A DNA stretch of 20,000 nt from an uncultured virus (IMG/VR IMGVR_UViG_3300030104_004354) (lineage: Duplodnaviria > Heunggongvirae > Uroviricota > Caudoviricetes): IMG/VR virus record IMGVR_UViG_3300030104_004354. One strand, given 5' to 3'. Each line of letters opens with the position of its first letter. The first letter of the stretch is position 1. A program made the translations under genes and the position numbers. Below, piece after piece: positions 8,264 to 16,368 of the stretch. The notes beneath the pieces are model-generated. The model was not told the origin of the DNA. It did not search any database and was given only the letters and a program-made list of their open reading frames with translations.

Positions 8264-10243
8264 GTCCTTACCTCTGTTCCCCGATACCCTAGTAGTAGCC
8301 TTAAGCCTATACTGGTGCCAGTCTACAAATATTTCATTGCCATCTGTGGTATTTGATGTGCTAAAGATATTAGCATTGTTAATAGCCCAGGCCAGACCCA
8401 GTCTGTTAAATCTGCTGTCAGGTATCTTATGTCCTGCTGCTAAACTAAACTGAGCCTTGTTAACACCATCAACATAGAAATCTACCTCACTCCAGTCCTG
8501 GTTACAGCTTACTTGAAGCACGTTAAATTCTTGAGCGGACACCACAACTCCTGTATCGGAGACCGTAGAATTGCTGTTGTCGGTTACAACTGCTGACCAA
8601 GTGGTATTAGTCTCTCCTCCTCCCGCACCATATTGGAATTCCATGGCATAAGTGGCAGCAGCATTGCTAGTACCATTCCTGATTCCAAAGCACATTTTTC
8701 CTTCGTTGGAACCGTTTACCCAAAGACCGCTCGGGGCTATTCTACTTGTGAATGATACAGAACATGAACTAACCGCCAGGGCATTGTTAAAAGTTGTTAC
8801 AAAGCATCTACCAAAAGCGTCCGTTCCTGATCTTATCTCAAATACACCGATGGTTCCCTTGTCAGGATGCATCACATCATTATCAAAGCATTGACCTGTG
8901 CCTGCACCCGTGCCTGCATTTGACTGCCCAAAACCATTTGGACTAGTGCCAGCAGCAAGCCAATCTGATTCATGGATGTAACAGGTTGGGTTCATCTGAC
9001 CTGTTCTAAAAACATTAAGGTTGTCTGCTGATACGTTTGCTATTACGAGGGCTGAGTCAGTAGAGGCACTGGAAGGGGTAAAATCTATCTCCCCACCACC
9101 TAAACCGTCCTCATTGAATAGAAAGTTGGACCCTCCGATATTCAGAGAACTAGCAAAAACTTTAGAACCAGTTCTTACGAGAATTTGAGGTGTAGTAATA
9201 TCGTCAAAGTCAACATTATTGAGATTCTGAATGTTAGCATTTGTTCCCAAGAATGTTCTGGAGTTAGCAGTGGTATCAGCAACCTGCACGGCTGCCGCCG
9301 CTGTAAGAGAAAGATTGGCATTAGTGGCTAGGGTTGCGGTTGTAGCGAAGAATGTTGCCGTAGTATTATATTTTGAATCTGTAAATGCTGTTGTTGCATA
9401 TGCATTCAGATCCGATTCAACAACAAGATCTTGATCTGCTATGAAGTCTGCAACTGAGGTGGTAGCCGTATTATTACCCGCATTGTAAAGCAGAAGATCC
9501 CCGGCACCAGCGCCAGCCGTGGAAGGCTTTTGAAGGGCAGTGGCTAGCAGCGCACCTGTGGCGGCTAAAGCATCTTGTGTGGTGACTAATGCTGCACCAG
9601 TAGCGGCTAAAGCAGCTTGTGTAGTGATTAATGCTGCACCAGTAGTCGTTAGGTTAGCATTCGTGGCATAAGCAGCGAGGTCTGAGTTAATTACAATGTC
9701 ATTTCCAGCAACCTTAGGTTTTTCTGTAAAGGAGACTACCCCGGTAAATACTGCTGGGCCGGTAACGTTTAACCCTACGGGAAATTGAGGCTCATTAGTG
9801 GTAAAAGTGATAGGACCAACTACATTGACCGGCCCAGTTCTCGGAACGAGTTCTCCCGATGTAGTGCTCACTAGTGCGGTTGTAGCATATACTACCAAGC
9901 TGTCTTGAATTTGAGTTTCAACAATTCCGGTAGTTGCCAGACTCAAAGGCGTTGCAGTTGGACTAAGTGCCTGAGGAGTATTAAGTGAAGCATAAGTAAC
10001 TATTTGCCCAAGGTTGCCCGTGGGAACTCCTGTTACTGAGGCTCCACCACCGCCGCCACCTCCGGTAGTAATAGATGTAACACACCACCTATCACCATCG
10101 TAACCCAAAAGTTGACCCTCAGTGGGTGCTGTCGTGCAAACATCACCAACGTCGGATAGATTAAGAGTAAACTCTTTTAACCCTGTTGAATTACCAGTGG
10201 CGTCATCAAATTTCAGGGCAAGTGGTATTTTATTAAAGCCCAT
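8252..10243 (-). CDS. Fibre-like virion protein (663 aa): Gly hinge, Ala/Thr coiled-coil shaft, C-terminal lectin/ConA-like beta domain
   Basis: GQLLGYDGDRW repeat-type motif, a GGGGGGG linker, 14-aa repeats, C-terminal VDFYVDG, and a strong AAGGAGG RBS upstream. Confidence 0.7.
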   Translation of the reverse strand: MGFNKIPLALKFDDATGNSTGLKEFTLNLSDVGDVCTTAPTEGQLLGYDGDRWCVTSITTGGGGGGGASVTGVPTGNLGQIVTYASLNTPQALSPTATPLSLATTGIVETQIQDSLVVYATTALVSTTSGELVPRTGPVNVVGPITFTTNEPQFPVGLNVTGPAVFTGVVSFTEKPKVAGNDIVINSDLAAYATNANLTTTGAALITTQAALAATGAALVTTQDALAATGALLATALQKPSTAGAGAGDLLLYNAGNNTATTSVADFIADQDLVVESDLNAYATTAFTDSKYNTTATFFATTATLATNANLSLTAAAAVQVADTTANSRTFLGTNANIQNLNNVDFDDITTPQILVRTGSKVFASSLNIGGSNFLFNEDGLGGGEIDFTPSSASTDSALVIANVSADNLNVFRTGQMNPTCYIHESDWLAAGTSPNGFGQSNAGTGAGTGQCFDNDVMHPDKGTIGVFEIRSGTDAFGRCFVTTFNNALAVSSCSVSFTSRIAPSGLWVNGSNEGKMCFGIRNGTSNAAATYAMEFQYGAGGGETNTTWSAVVTDNSNSTVSDTGVVVSAQEFNVLQVSCNQDWSEVDFYVDGVNKAQFSLAAGHKIPDSRFNRLGLAWAINNANIFSTSNTTDGNEIFVDWHQYRLKATTRVSGNRGKDLIQ
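9561..9644. repeat. Tandem 42-bp duplication inside the fibre gene
   Basis: 9561-9602 and 9603-9644 differ at 3 of 42 positions; they encode TGAALITTQAALAA / TGAALVTTQDALAA. Confidence 0.9.
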
Positions 10244-10254
10244 TCACGCCTCCT

Positions 10255-11928
10255 TTATGTTTTGTACTGCTCAGGATCTTCCTTCTTATCTTCGTCTGAA
10301 TCAGGCTTAATATCATCTAAAAGATCTTCTAACTTAGAGAGAAGTGAAGTAAGATCGTCTTGATCCATTTTTTCTTCCTCTTCTTCTTCGTCATCCTGAT
10401 CCTCCTCTTTTGGCATATCTTCAGATGCCTTCTCTTCCTCATCCTTCACTTCAGATTTTACTTTTTCGGCAGCCTCTTCAGCATCTTTATCAGCATCATT
10501 TGTAGGAACCTCTGAGTTGCTGTCTAGTTCATCGGGGGTGCCTAGGGGGTCCTTAGTATCCATTTCCTCTTCTCCCCCAGTGGCCTCCTCTTCAGCTTCA
10601 TCTTTCAACTCTTCAGCAGCGTTTTCGACCGCTGGGACTAGCATCTTCAAAACTTGTCCAATCTTGCCGAGGTCGTCAGCGACTTTAGTGAAATCCATGT
10701 AATCCATTAAGCTAGCTTCATTAAGAGATTCACCGTGACCAGCATCTCCGAATACCTCCTCAAGGAAAACAGCTAAATCAATCGCCTCAGCACCGTTTTT
10801 AGTTTGTAAGCTATTAACAAATTCTAGTAAGGTTTTTTGAATGATCGAATCACCAGGGGCATGCTTTGCTATTTGAGAAATGATCTCACCCTCAGTCATG
10901 GTCAAAGTTCTGAAGGTCGGAACTTCATCCAATTTGCGAACATCAATACCATACTTCTCGTTTAGAACATCAAGGACATACTGCTTGATGGGTTTCTTCA
11001 TCTCATGGATCTTAGTAGCAAACTTGTTAATATCTTTTTGAGAAACCTTAACTTCATTTATTGATAAACAATTACCGATGAGTCCTGTGATTTGTTTCTT
11101 GGTAGCCAATGCAAGGTAAGGAGCATCTGATACTACTTGAGCAACCTGATGCCTAACGGAGTCATTGTCACTTTCAAAGATCATTGAGGCTAGATCTTGA
11201 ACGCTAGCACTATCAACCCAAATGTTATCAAAGTTTCTCTTGGCCTCTAGAAGTTCTTTTTGAATAAGCTCCTTTCTGCAAAGATGCTCATATAAATTTG
11301 TTTTTCCAACAAAATTAACTTGAATCTCTGATTCTTCCTGAAGCTGATCCACTGTTTTCTTTGGAAGATCAAAGCTGGTAGAGACAAGATTAACAAGTTT
11401 CATACCTGTCTTCATACCCGTGGATTGAAGTAGATCTTCGTTCTCCTTAAGGAATTCAACCAATTGATCTTTAATTTCGTTAACTCGACTGAACTCTTTA
11501 GATGACACAATTTTAGTTGATTCTCCAAATCTCGCAGTCTTTTCCTCCAGCCTATCCTTGATTCTCTTGTACGTTAGCTTAGTTTCATACATGGAGAGAA
11601 TCTTGTCAAAGGAGCCTTCAGCCGATTGATAATCATCCTCAAGAAGATTAGAAAGAACTTTCATTACTTTCTTATCAGTAGCCTCTTCAAATGCTTTCTT
11701 GTTTTCAAGGACTTCTGCGTTTTCGACAACAATCTTGGAAAGTTTCAGATTTGGTTTGAAGGCGTATTTACCGCTAATCACTGAACCATTCTCAGTCAAG
11801 TAGGTTGCAACACCATCTTCAGCAGAGAATAACTCAACGTTCTCTCTCAAAGTACGAGCCAGATAATCACCAATTTTGATAAGGTTGCTGAATTCTTTTC
11901 CACGATTTTCAATCAGATTCGTTAACAT
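10255..11928 (-). CDS. Putative prohead core/scaffold-like protein (about 557 aa) with a very acidic C-terminus
   Basis: Directly downstream of the portal, helical and Glu/Lys-rich, with an Asp/Glu-rich tail. Start placed at MLTNL (11928) because the track start lies inside the portal gene. Confidence 0.55.
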   Translation of the reverse strand: MLTNLIENRGKEFSNLIKIGDYLARTLRENVELFSAEDGVATYLTENGSVISGKYAFKPNLKLSKIVVENAEVLENKKAFEEATDKKVMKVLSNLLEDDYQSAEGSFDKILSMYETKLTYKRIKDRLEEKTARFGESTKIVSSKEFSRVNEIKDQLVEFLKENEDLLQSTGMKTGMKLVNLVSTSFDLPKKTVDQLQEESEIQVNFVGKTNLYEHLCRKELIQKELLEAKRNFDNIWVDSASVQDLASMIFESDNDSVRHQVAQVVSDAPYLALATKKQITGLIGNCLSINEVKVSQKDINKFATKIHEMKKPIKQYVLDVLNEKYGIDVRKLDEVPTFRTLTMTEGEIISQIAKHAPGDSIIQKTLLEFVNSLQTKNGAEAIDLAVFLEEVFGDAGHGESLNEASLMDYMDFTKVADDLGKIGQVLKMLVPAVENAAEELKDEAEEEATGGEEEMDTKDPLGTPDELDSNSEVPTNDADKDAEEAAEKVKSEVKDEEEKASEDMPKEEDQDDEEEEEEKMDQDDLTSLLSKLEDLLDDIKPDSDEDKKEDPEQYKT

Positions 11929-11932
11929 ATTA

Positions 11933-11958
11933 AATACACTTGTTACAAAATTATTTAG
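11933..11958 (-). promoter_or_regulatory. Putative late promoter CTAAATA plus leader motif TTGTAACAAGTGTATT
   Basis: CTAAATA starts 30 nt before the ATG at 11928; the leader matches the gp26-like leader at 14 of 16 nt. Confidence 0.5.
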
Positions 11959-13732
11959 AGCCGTCTTTAGACGTTGCTTTATTAAAATGATCTTTCTGAC
12001 GCATAGCCTCAAGCAGTTGAATTAGTTCATCATCACAATCCGACTCGATAGCCAATGATTTCATATAATCATAGTCGAGTGATTCCGCCGCAGTGGGAGG
12101 GACATTCTCAGCCGACTCAATAGGCTCACCAGGGGGAATTCCTCCTGGAGGGGGTAATCCGCCAGCCATGGCCTGATTAAGAGCGGGATCTTTTTGATCT
12201 TGTTCTAGACCTTTTTTAGTTTGTTCAATTTCACTATCCGACATTTGATAGTAATCTTTGTAAATCTTCTCAATCGGGAAAATGCCCAAACCTTTAACAG
12301 CCTGAACCACCCGCGCTTTCTGCTCGTCAGTATCAAGCATTCTCTTGAGTGCCATGTCTGAGGGGGCAGGAAGTTTAATTTTAAGCTTGGTTATCAAACT
12401 CGTGGGAAAACCCTTGAGCATTAAATGTCTTTTAGCTATTGTCTCCAAACCTAACTCTATAGATTTTTGAATTCTGGTGATGACACGAGCAAACTTAACG
12501 TCAAGTTGAGACAAGTTGGCCTTGCGCTCAGGAGATTGATCTTTCTCGACAATGTAATCTTTTGGAATCTTTAGTGCAGCAAGTAATTTATCCCTAAAGT
12601 ATTTAACGTCATCCACCTCTCCAAGATTCTCAGCACCTGGGAGGGTGTCGATCTTTGTGCCTGTCCCCTTACCGTTAACTGCAATGTAAAAGTCTTCATC
12701 GGCAGCTAAGGCGTTAAAGTTTTCTTCAATATTACCTGTTTGCGCGTTGTAACTCTTACGTTTCTTAAACTTATCCATCTGCTTCTTAATGTGCATTTCA
12801 GCCTTAGAAGCAGGCAGCGACCCAGTGTCAATGTAGAATATACGACGCTCAGGCGCTCTAACCAAGCGATAGATGAGCATCGCATCCTCCATCATCTTAA
12901 GACTCTTATACGTAACCCGAGCAGCCGCAGCTACTGACTTACCGTAAGGGTAGTGAGTTGGATCCGAGGTATGCAATCTAAAGTGAATAATCTGACCAGG
13001 GTCCAGATTAATCATCTTAGCGTCATCTAAATGAGGGCCAATTGACCCGTAAGTTGTGTAGTCATTTTTTTGTGGAATCTCTTGTAGAAACTGCTTGAGA
13101 TATCCAAACTCATCCTCAACTCTGAAAATGTAATTGGGATTAAGAATCTTAATACGTTGAATACCTCTCTTTACGTTGTTGAGATCCACTATTGTTTCAA
13201 GAAAGATATCACCATACTTAACAACATTTCTGGATATGTCCCAAAGATATCGAGTCATGTTTGTTTGTTCAAACATACTTTCAACTTCCTGCTTGGTCAT
13301 CTCGTCATCAGTGACAACATTCCAAGGCGTACCATCAATATTCTCCTGAGTGCAGTCATCGCTGTAAATGTCAAAAGCTGACGATATTTCAGGATAACCA
13401 TCCATGTCCTCATACTCTTTATATCTTCTCTTCCTGTCAAACTCGATTTGAGGCAGAATAGGGTAATAGGTTCTTTTGTGACCAAATTCTGCGGGTGGGA
13501 TCTTAATAACTTCTTTCGACTGGAGCGTATCACCAGCCAAGGGCTTCGGTGCATCAACCGACCTTCGAGTTATGGGATCTACATATTGACTGTCTTTATG
13601 ATCCTCAACTTCTCTTGCAAAGAATTTTTTAAAAAATCTGCCTAGCAAGCCATAAGGTTGGTTGTATGGCTTTTGGGGATCAGCAAATTGAGTGTAACCT
13701 TCGCCACCTTCTCTTATTTTCTTAGAAGCCAT
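11951..13732 (-). CDS. gp20: Portal protein, T4 gp20-like (593 aa)
   Basis: Hallmark segments MMEDAMLIYRLVRAPERRIFYIDTGSLP, EDFYI, IDTLPGAENLGEVDDVKYF and KFARVITRIQ. Confidence 0.95.
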   Translation of the reverse strand: MASKKIREGGEGYTQFADPQKPYNQPYGLLGRFFKKFFAREVEDHKDSQYVDPITRRSVDAPKPLAGDTLQSKEVIKIPPAEFGHKRTYYPILPQIEFDRKRRYKEYEDMDGYPEISSAFDIYSDDCTQENIDGTPWNVVTDDEMTKQEVESMFEQTNMTRYLWDISRNVVKYGDIFLETIVDLNNVKRGIQRIKILNPNYIFRVEDEFGYLKQFLQEIPQKNDYTTYGSIGPHLDDAKMINLDPGQIIHFRLHTSDPTHYPYGKSVAAAARVTYKSLKMMEDAMLIYRLVRAPERRIFYIDTGSLPASKAEMHIKKQMDKFKKRKSYNAQTGNIEENFNALAADEDFYIAVNGKGTGTKIDTLPGAENLGEVDDVKYFRDKLLAALKIPKDYIVEKDQSPERKANLSQLDVKFARVITRIQKSIELGLETIAKRHLMLKGFPTSLITKLKIKLPAPSDMALKRMLDTDEQKARVVQAVKGLGIFPIEKIYKDYYQMSDSEIEQTKKGLEQDQKDPALNQAMAGGLPPPGGIPPGEPIESAENVPPTAAESLDYDYMKSLAIESDCDDELIQLLEAMRQKDHFNKATSKDGSK

Positions 13733-15279
13733 TCAATATTCTCTTCGGTTAGTGCATCGTTAGATGTCTTCATCTTATATGTATGAGCGTTACGTATGCC
13801 CGCAGGGATATAAGTTTTATCTTCCGCCTTTTCTATGAAGGCATTCCCTCTTAAGTTATTAAAAGTATTGATGGCAGCGGCAAAAGACATTATTAAGTCG
13901 TCATGACAGTTTGTGTCTGGCTTGATTCTGCCGGTATCTGAGTCAATAATGAATGTTAAAAGCTCGTTGACCAGCCGATCGGAGTTAATTAAAACTTTAC
14001 CAGATCTTATATTGTGCTCCAAATCAGCCAACATATTTTCTTTATTCTTTTGAGTGATCATAATTCCGATCTCTCTTTTGCCATCCATTACTAGATTTTC
14101 ATACTCCAACTCATCCTGAAGGAAATAAATTAAGTTGTTGCCTATACCATTTCTCTCAGGACAAACAAAAGCAGTATTGTAAAGTCTTCCCTCATCTGCT
14201 ATAATCTTTGCAAACTCATTGATGGGTGTTTTGTTTGAATAAAATTCAGCCACTTGTTTACCATTATAGATGTCAATAATATGAAATGCTGAATAGTCCC
14301 TCTCACGACCTATCGATGGATCAGCAGCGAGAACATACTCATGATTTGGTTGTGGATCTTCCCAAACTCTCATCCTATTGTTGTATTTGATCCAGTAATC
14401 TTGACTGCAATTTTCTTTTAAGTTTCTAAGAATTTCACCCTCAATATATGTCTCACCAGTCCCTAGAAAGCTTGCCTCGTATTCTTGCAGCCATTCTTTG
14501 TAGCTGTGTTTTCTTCGAGTTTGCTCTTCCCATTTGTCTACATTTATTGGAGGGTTACATGTTTCCATCTGTTCATATAACCAATCAAAGCCTTTCTGAC
14601 GCTTATACTCTGGGTGTTCTTGCCATTTAATATCAATTGGATGAAATCCGTTGTCACCCTCAGTTGCTTGGGTGTACATCTTATGAAACCAATTACCGAT
14701 ACCATTCACTGTAGACAAGCACACAACACGTCCCCCAGTGGACGTAGTTGGCCCTACAGCGGCCCAAATCGTATCAATGTGCTCAATGAAGGCTGCCTCA
14801 TCTAAGATCAACAGAGAGGCTGATATGGACCTTCCTGATTGTTTTCCTGAAGCCTTGGACTGAATAGAAGATCCATTTTCAAAAGAGAGTGTGTGGTCGT
14901 TATCTCTTGTTGTTTTAGGCTTCATCCAAAAAGGAAGTTCTTCATACATTATTTTAATACGAGAAATAACCTCTTTGGCTTCAGCATCACCCTTCGACAA
15001 AACAGCAACTCTTTTATTTGTACCAAAAATACAAAAGTGCAAAGCGTAAGCAGCCATCAATGTTGTGCAGCCTGCTTGTCTAAACTTACGCAGAATGGTT
15101 AGTCTGTAATCTTGAAACTCATCCAAAATGCGAGCCTGGAAAGGATATAGTTTAAAGTTAACCAGACCTCTCATCGGATGCACAACTTTGATGTAGTGGT
15201 TTGTAAAATATTCGCAATCACGAGAACATTTTTTGAATTCTTGTGCAATTTTCTCAAGATCTTCGCTATTATTATTCAT
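13714..15279 (-). CDS. terL: Terminase large subunit, T4 gp17-like (about 521 aa; alternative start 15339)
   Basis: Motifs LYPFQ, RQAGCTT (Walker A variant), LILDEAAF (Walker B), STVNG, QEYEASF, ADPS...DYS, HDDLIMS. Confidence 0.95.
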   Translation of the reverse strand: MNNNSEDLEKIAQEFKKCSRDCEYFTNHYIKVVHPMRGLVNFKLYPFQARILDEFQDYRLTILRKFRQAGCTTLMAAYALHFCIFGTNKRVAVLSKGDAEAKEVISRIKIMYEELPFWMKPKTTRDNDHTLSFENGSSIQSKASGKQSGRSISASLLILDEAAFIEHIDTIWAAVGPTTSTGGRVVCLSTVNGIGNWFHKMYTQATEGDNGFHPIDIKWQEHPEYKRQKGFDWLYEQMETCNPPINVDKWEEQTRRKHSYKEWLQEYEASFLGTGETYIEGEILRNLKENCSQDYWIKYNNRMRVWEDPQPNHEYVLAADPSIGRERDYSAFHIIDIYNGKQVAEFYSNKTPINEFAKIIADEGRLYNTAFVCPERNGIGNNLIYFLQDELEYENLVMDGKREIGIMITQKNKENMLADLEHNIRSGKVLINSDRLVNELLTFIIDSDTGRIKPDTNCHDDLIMSFAAAINTFNNLRGNAFIEKAEDKTYIPAGIRNAHTYKMKTSNDALTEENIEWLLRK

Positions 15280-15991
15280 GATATTCTTTTCTGTTTGCAG
15301 TCGATCAGGTAAGAAACCTGAATCATTAAACAAGCTCATTAATTACTGTAAGGGTAATGAAGCTCTATCTGTTCATGTTTCTTACGATGCTAACTCTATT
15401 TATGAAGGACATAAAGAGAATATTAAATTCTTTAAACAATCTCCATTAGAAGATGGAGATATTATAGTGCTGTGTCATGATGACATAGAGATACTCTCTA
15501 TGCCGGATGAATTAATTAAAAACCTTAGAATAGCCCGAAAACCGGGAGTGGGATTTGTTGGTTTAGCTGGTTCTTGCCACATACCCACTGAAGGTGGTTG
15601 GTGGAATGCAAGGAATACGGGAAGCGCCAGAGGTTTCGTGTTTCAAGGTTCAAATCATGAAACCATGACACCTAATTACTTCGGTAAGAGTGGTCAAGTG
15701 GTTGTCCTTGATGGTTGTTTATTAGCAGCTACATATGCAACTATAAAGAAAGTTGGATTGGAGCAGCCAGACTACCTAAAAACAGGTTGGGATTTTTACG
15801 ACATTCATCTTACATATAATGCATATTTACAAGGTTTCTCGAATTACACAGTGCCTATTATTGCATTACATGAATCTCCTGGTATAATGAGAGATGGGTG
15901 GTTTGCTGCGAGAGAAAAATTTATGAGTTATCATGCGAGCACAATCCCTCACGCCAGATTACCAGTTGATAAAACACACGGATTACCATAA
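15278..15991 (+). CDS. GT-A fold glycosyltransferase family 2-like protein (StrF / Glyco_tranf_2_5 type; about 237 aa)
   Basis: Motifs IIVLCHDD, GFVGLAG, VVVLDGCLLA, WDFYDI and H.SPG. Start placed at MIFFSVCS. Confidence 0.85.
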   Translation: MIFFSVCSRSGKKPESLNKLINYCKGNEALSVHVSYDANSIYEGHKENIKFFKQSPLEDGDIIVLCHDDIEILSMPDELIKNLRIARKPGVGFVGLAGSCHIPTEGGWWNARNTGSARGFVFQGSNHETMTPNYFGKSGQVVVLDGCLLAATYATIKKVGLEQPDYLKTGWDFYDIHLTYNAYLQGFSNYTVPIIALHESPGIMRDGWFAAREKFMSYHASTIPHARLPVDKTHGLP

Positions 15992-16302
15992 TGGATTACT
16001 TAGTAAGCGTTTTGATTTGGGTTTTAGCGGTCTATGGAATGACCACTATCATTGTAAGCTCGGCAATTATGGAGCCGGTTAGAAAGCTGATATCAGCTTG
16101 GGTGCCTCCTCTAGGCAAACTCGTTAACTGCATGCTCTGCACAGCGTTCTGGGCAGGTGTATTTTGGGGTATGCTTTACTGGAATCCATTCTCAAAGGCA
16201 GAAGGCAATACGTTCCTACACGCCCTTTTCTCGGGCTGCTTCGGATCCGCTACTACTTGGTTGATCTACCTTAAATTCTTCCCTTTGATGCAGGGTAAGT
16301 GA
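15991..16302 (+). CDS. Small multi-pass membrane protein with a CxxC motif, DUF1360-like (103 aa)
   Basis: Three hydrophobic segments, I.EP.R, and LVNCMLCTAFW; TAATG-coupled to the glycosyltransferase. Confidence 0.75.
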   Translation: MDYLVSVLIWVLAVYGMTTIIVSSAIMEPVRKLISAWVPPLGKLVNCMLCTAFWAGVFWGMLYWNPFSKAEGNTFLHALFSGCFGSATTWLIYLKFFPLMQGK

Positions 16303-16308
16303 AGGTCG

Positions 16309-16368
16309 TCAACAGCCACCAGCGCAGTTAGTGACAGGTCTGATACCAAATTTTAGTTTGAGTAACAT
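16309..16368 (-). CDS. Tiny Cys-containing peptide MLLKLKFGIRPVTNCAGGC (19 aa)
   Basis: Its ATG overlaps the upstream stop (TAATG) and it fills nearly the whole intergenic gap. Not in the ORF track. Confidence 0.55.
   Translation of the reverse strand: MLLKLKFGIRPVTNCAGGC

Noticed and set aside
15055..15095. Inactive terminase because Walker A reads RQAGCTT rather than GKT
   Set aside because: All other ATPase and nuclease motifs are intact, and the K in LRKFRQ just upstream could substitute; treated as a lineage variant.
3461..15279. Introns, inteins or homing endonucleases in primase, helicase, portal or terminase
   Set aside because: Proteins have ordinary lengths and contiguous motifs; no splice-junction or LAGLIDADG/HNH signatures were seen.
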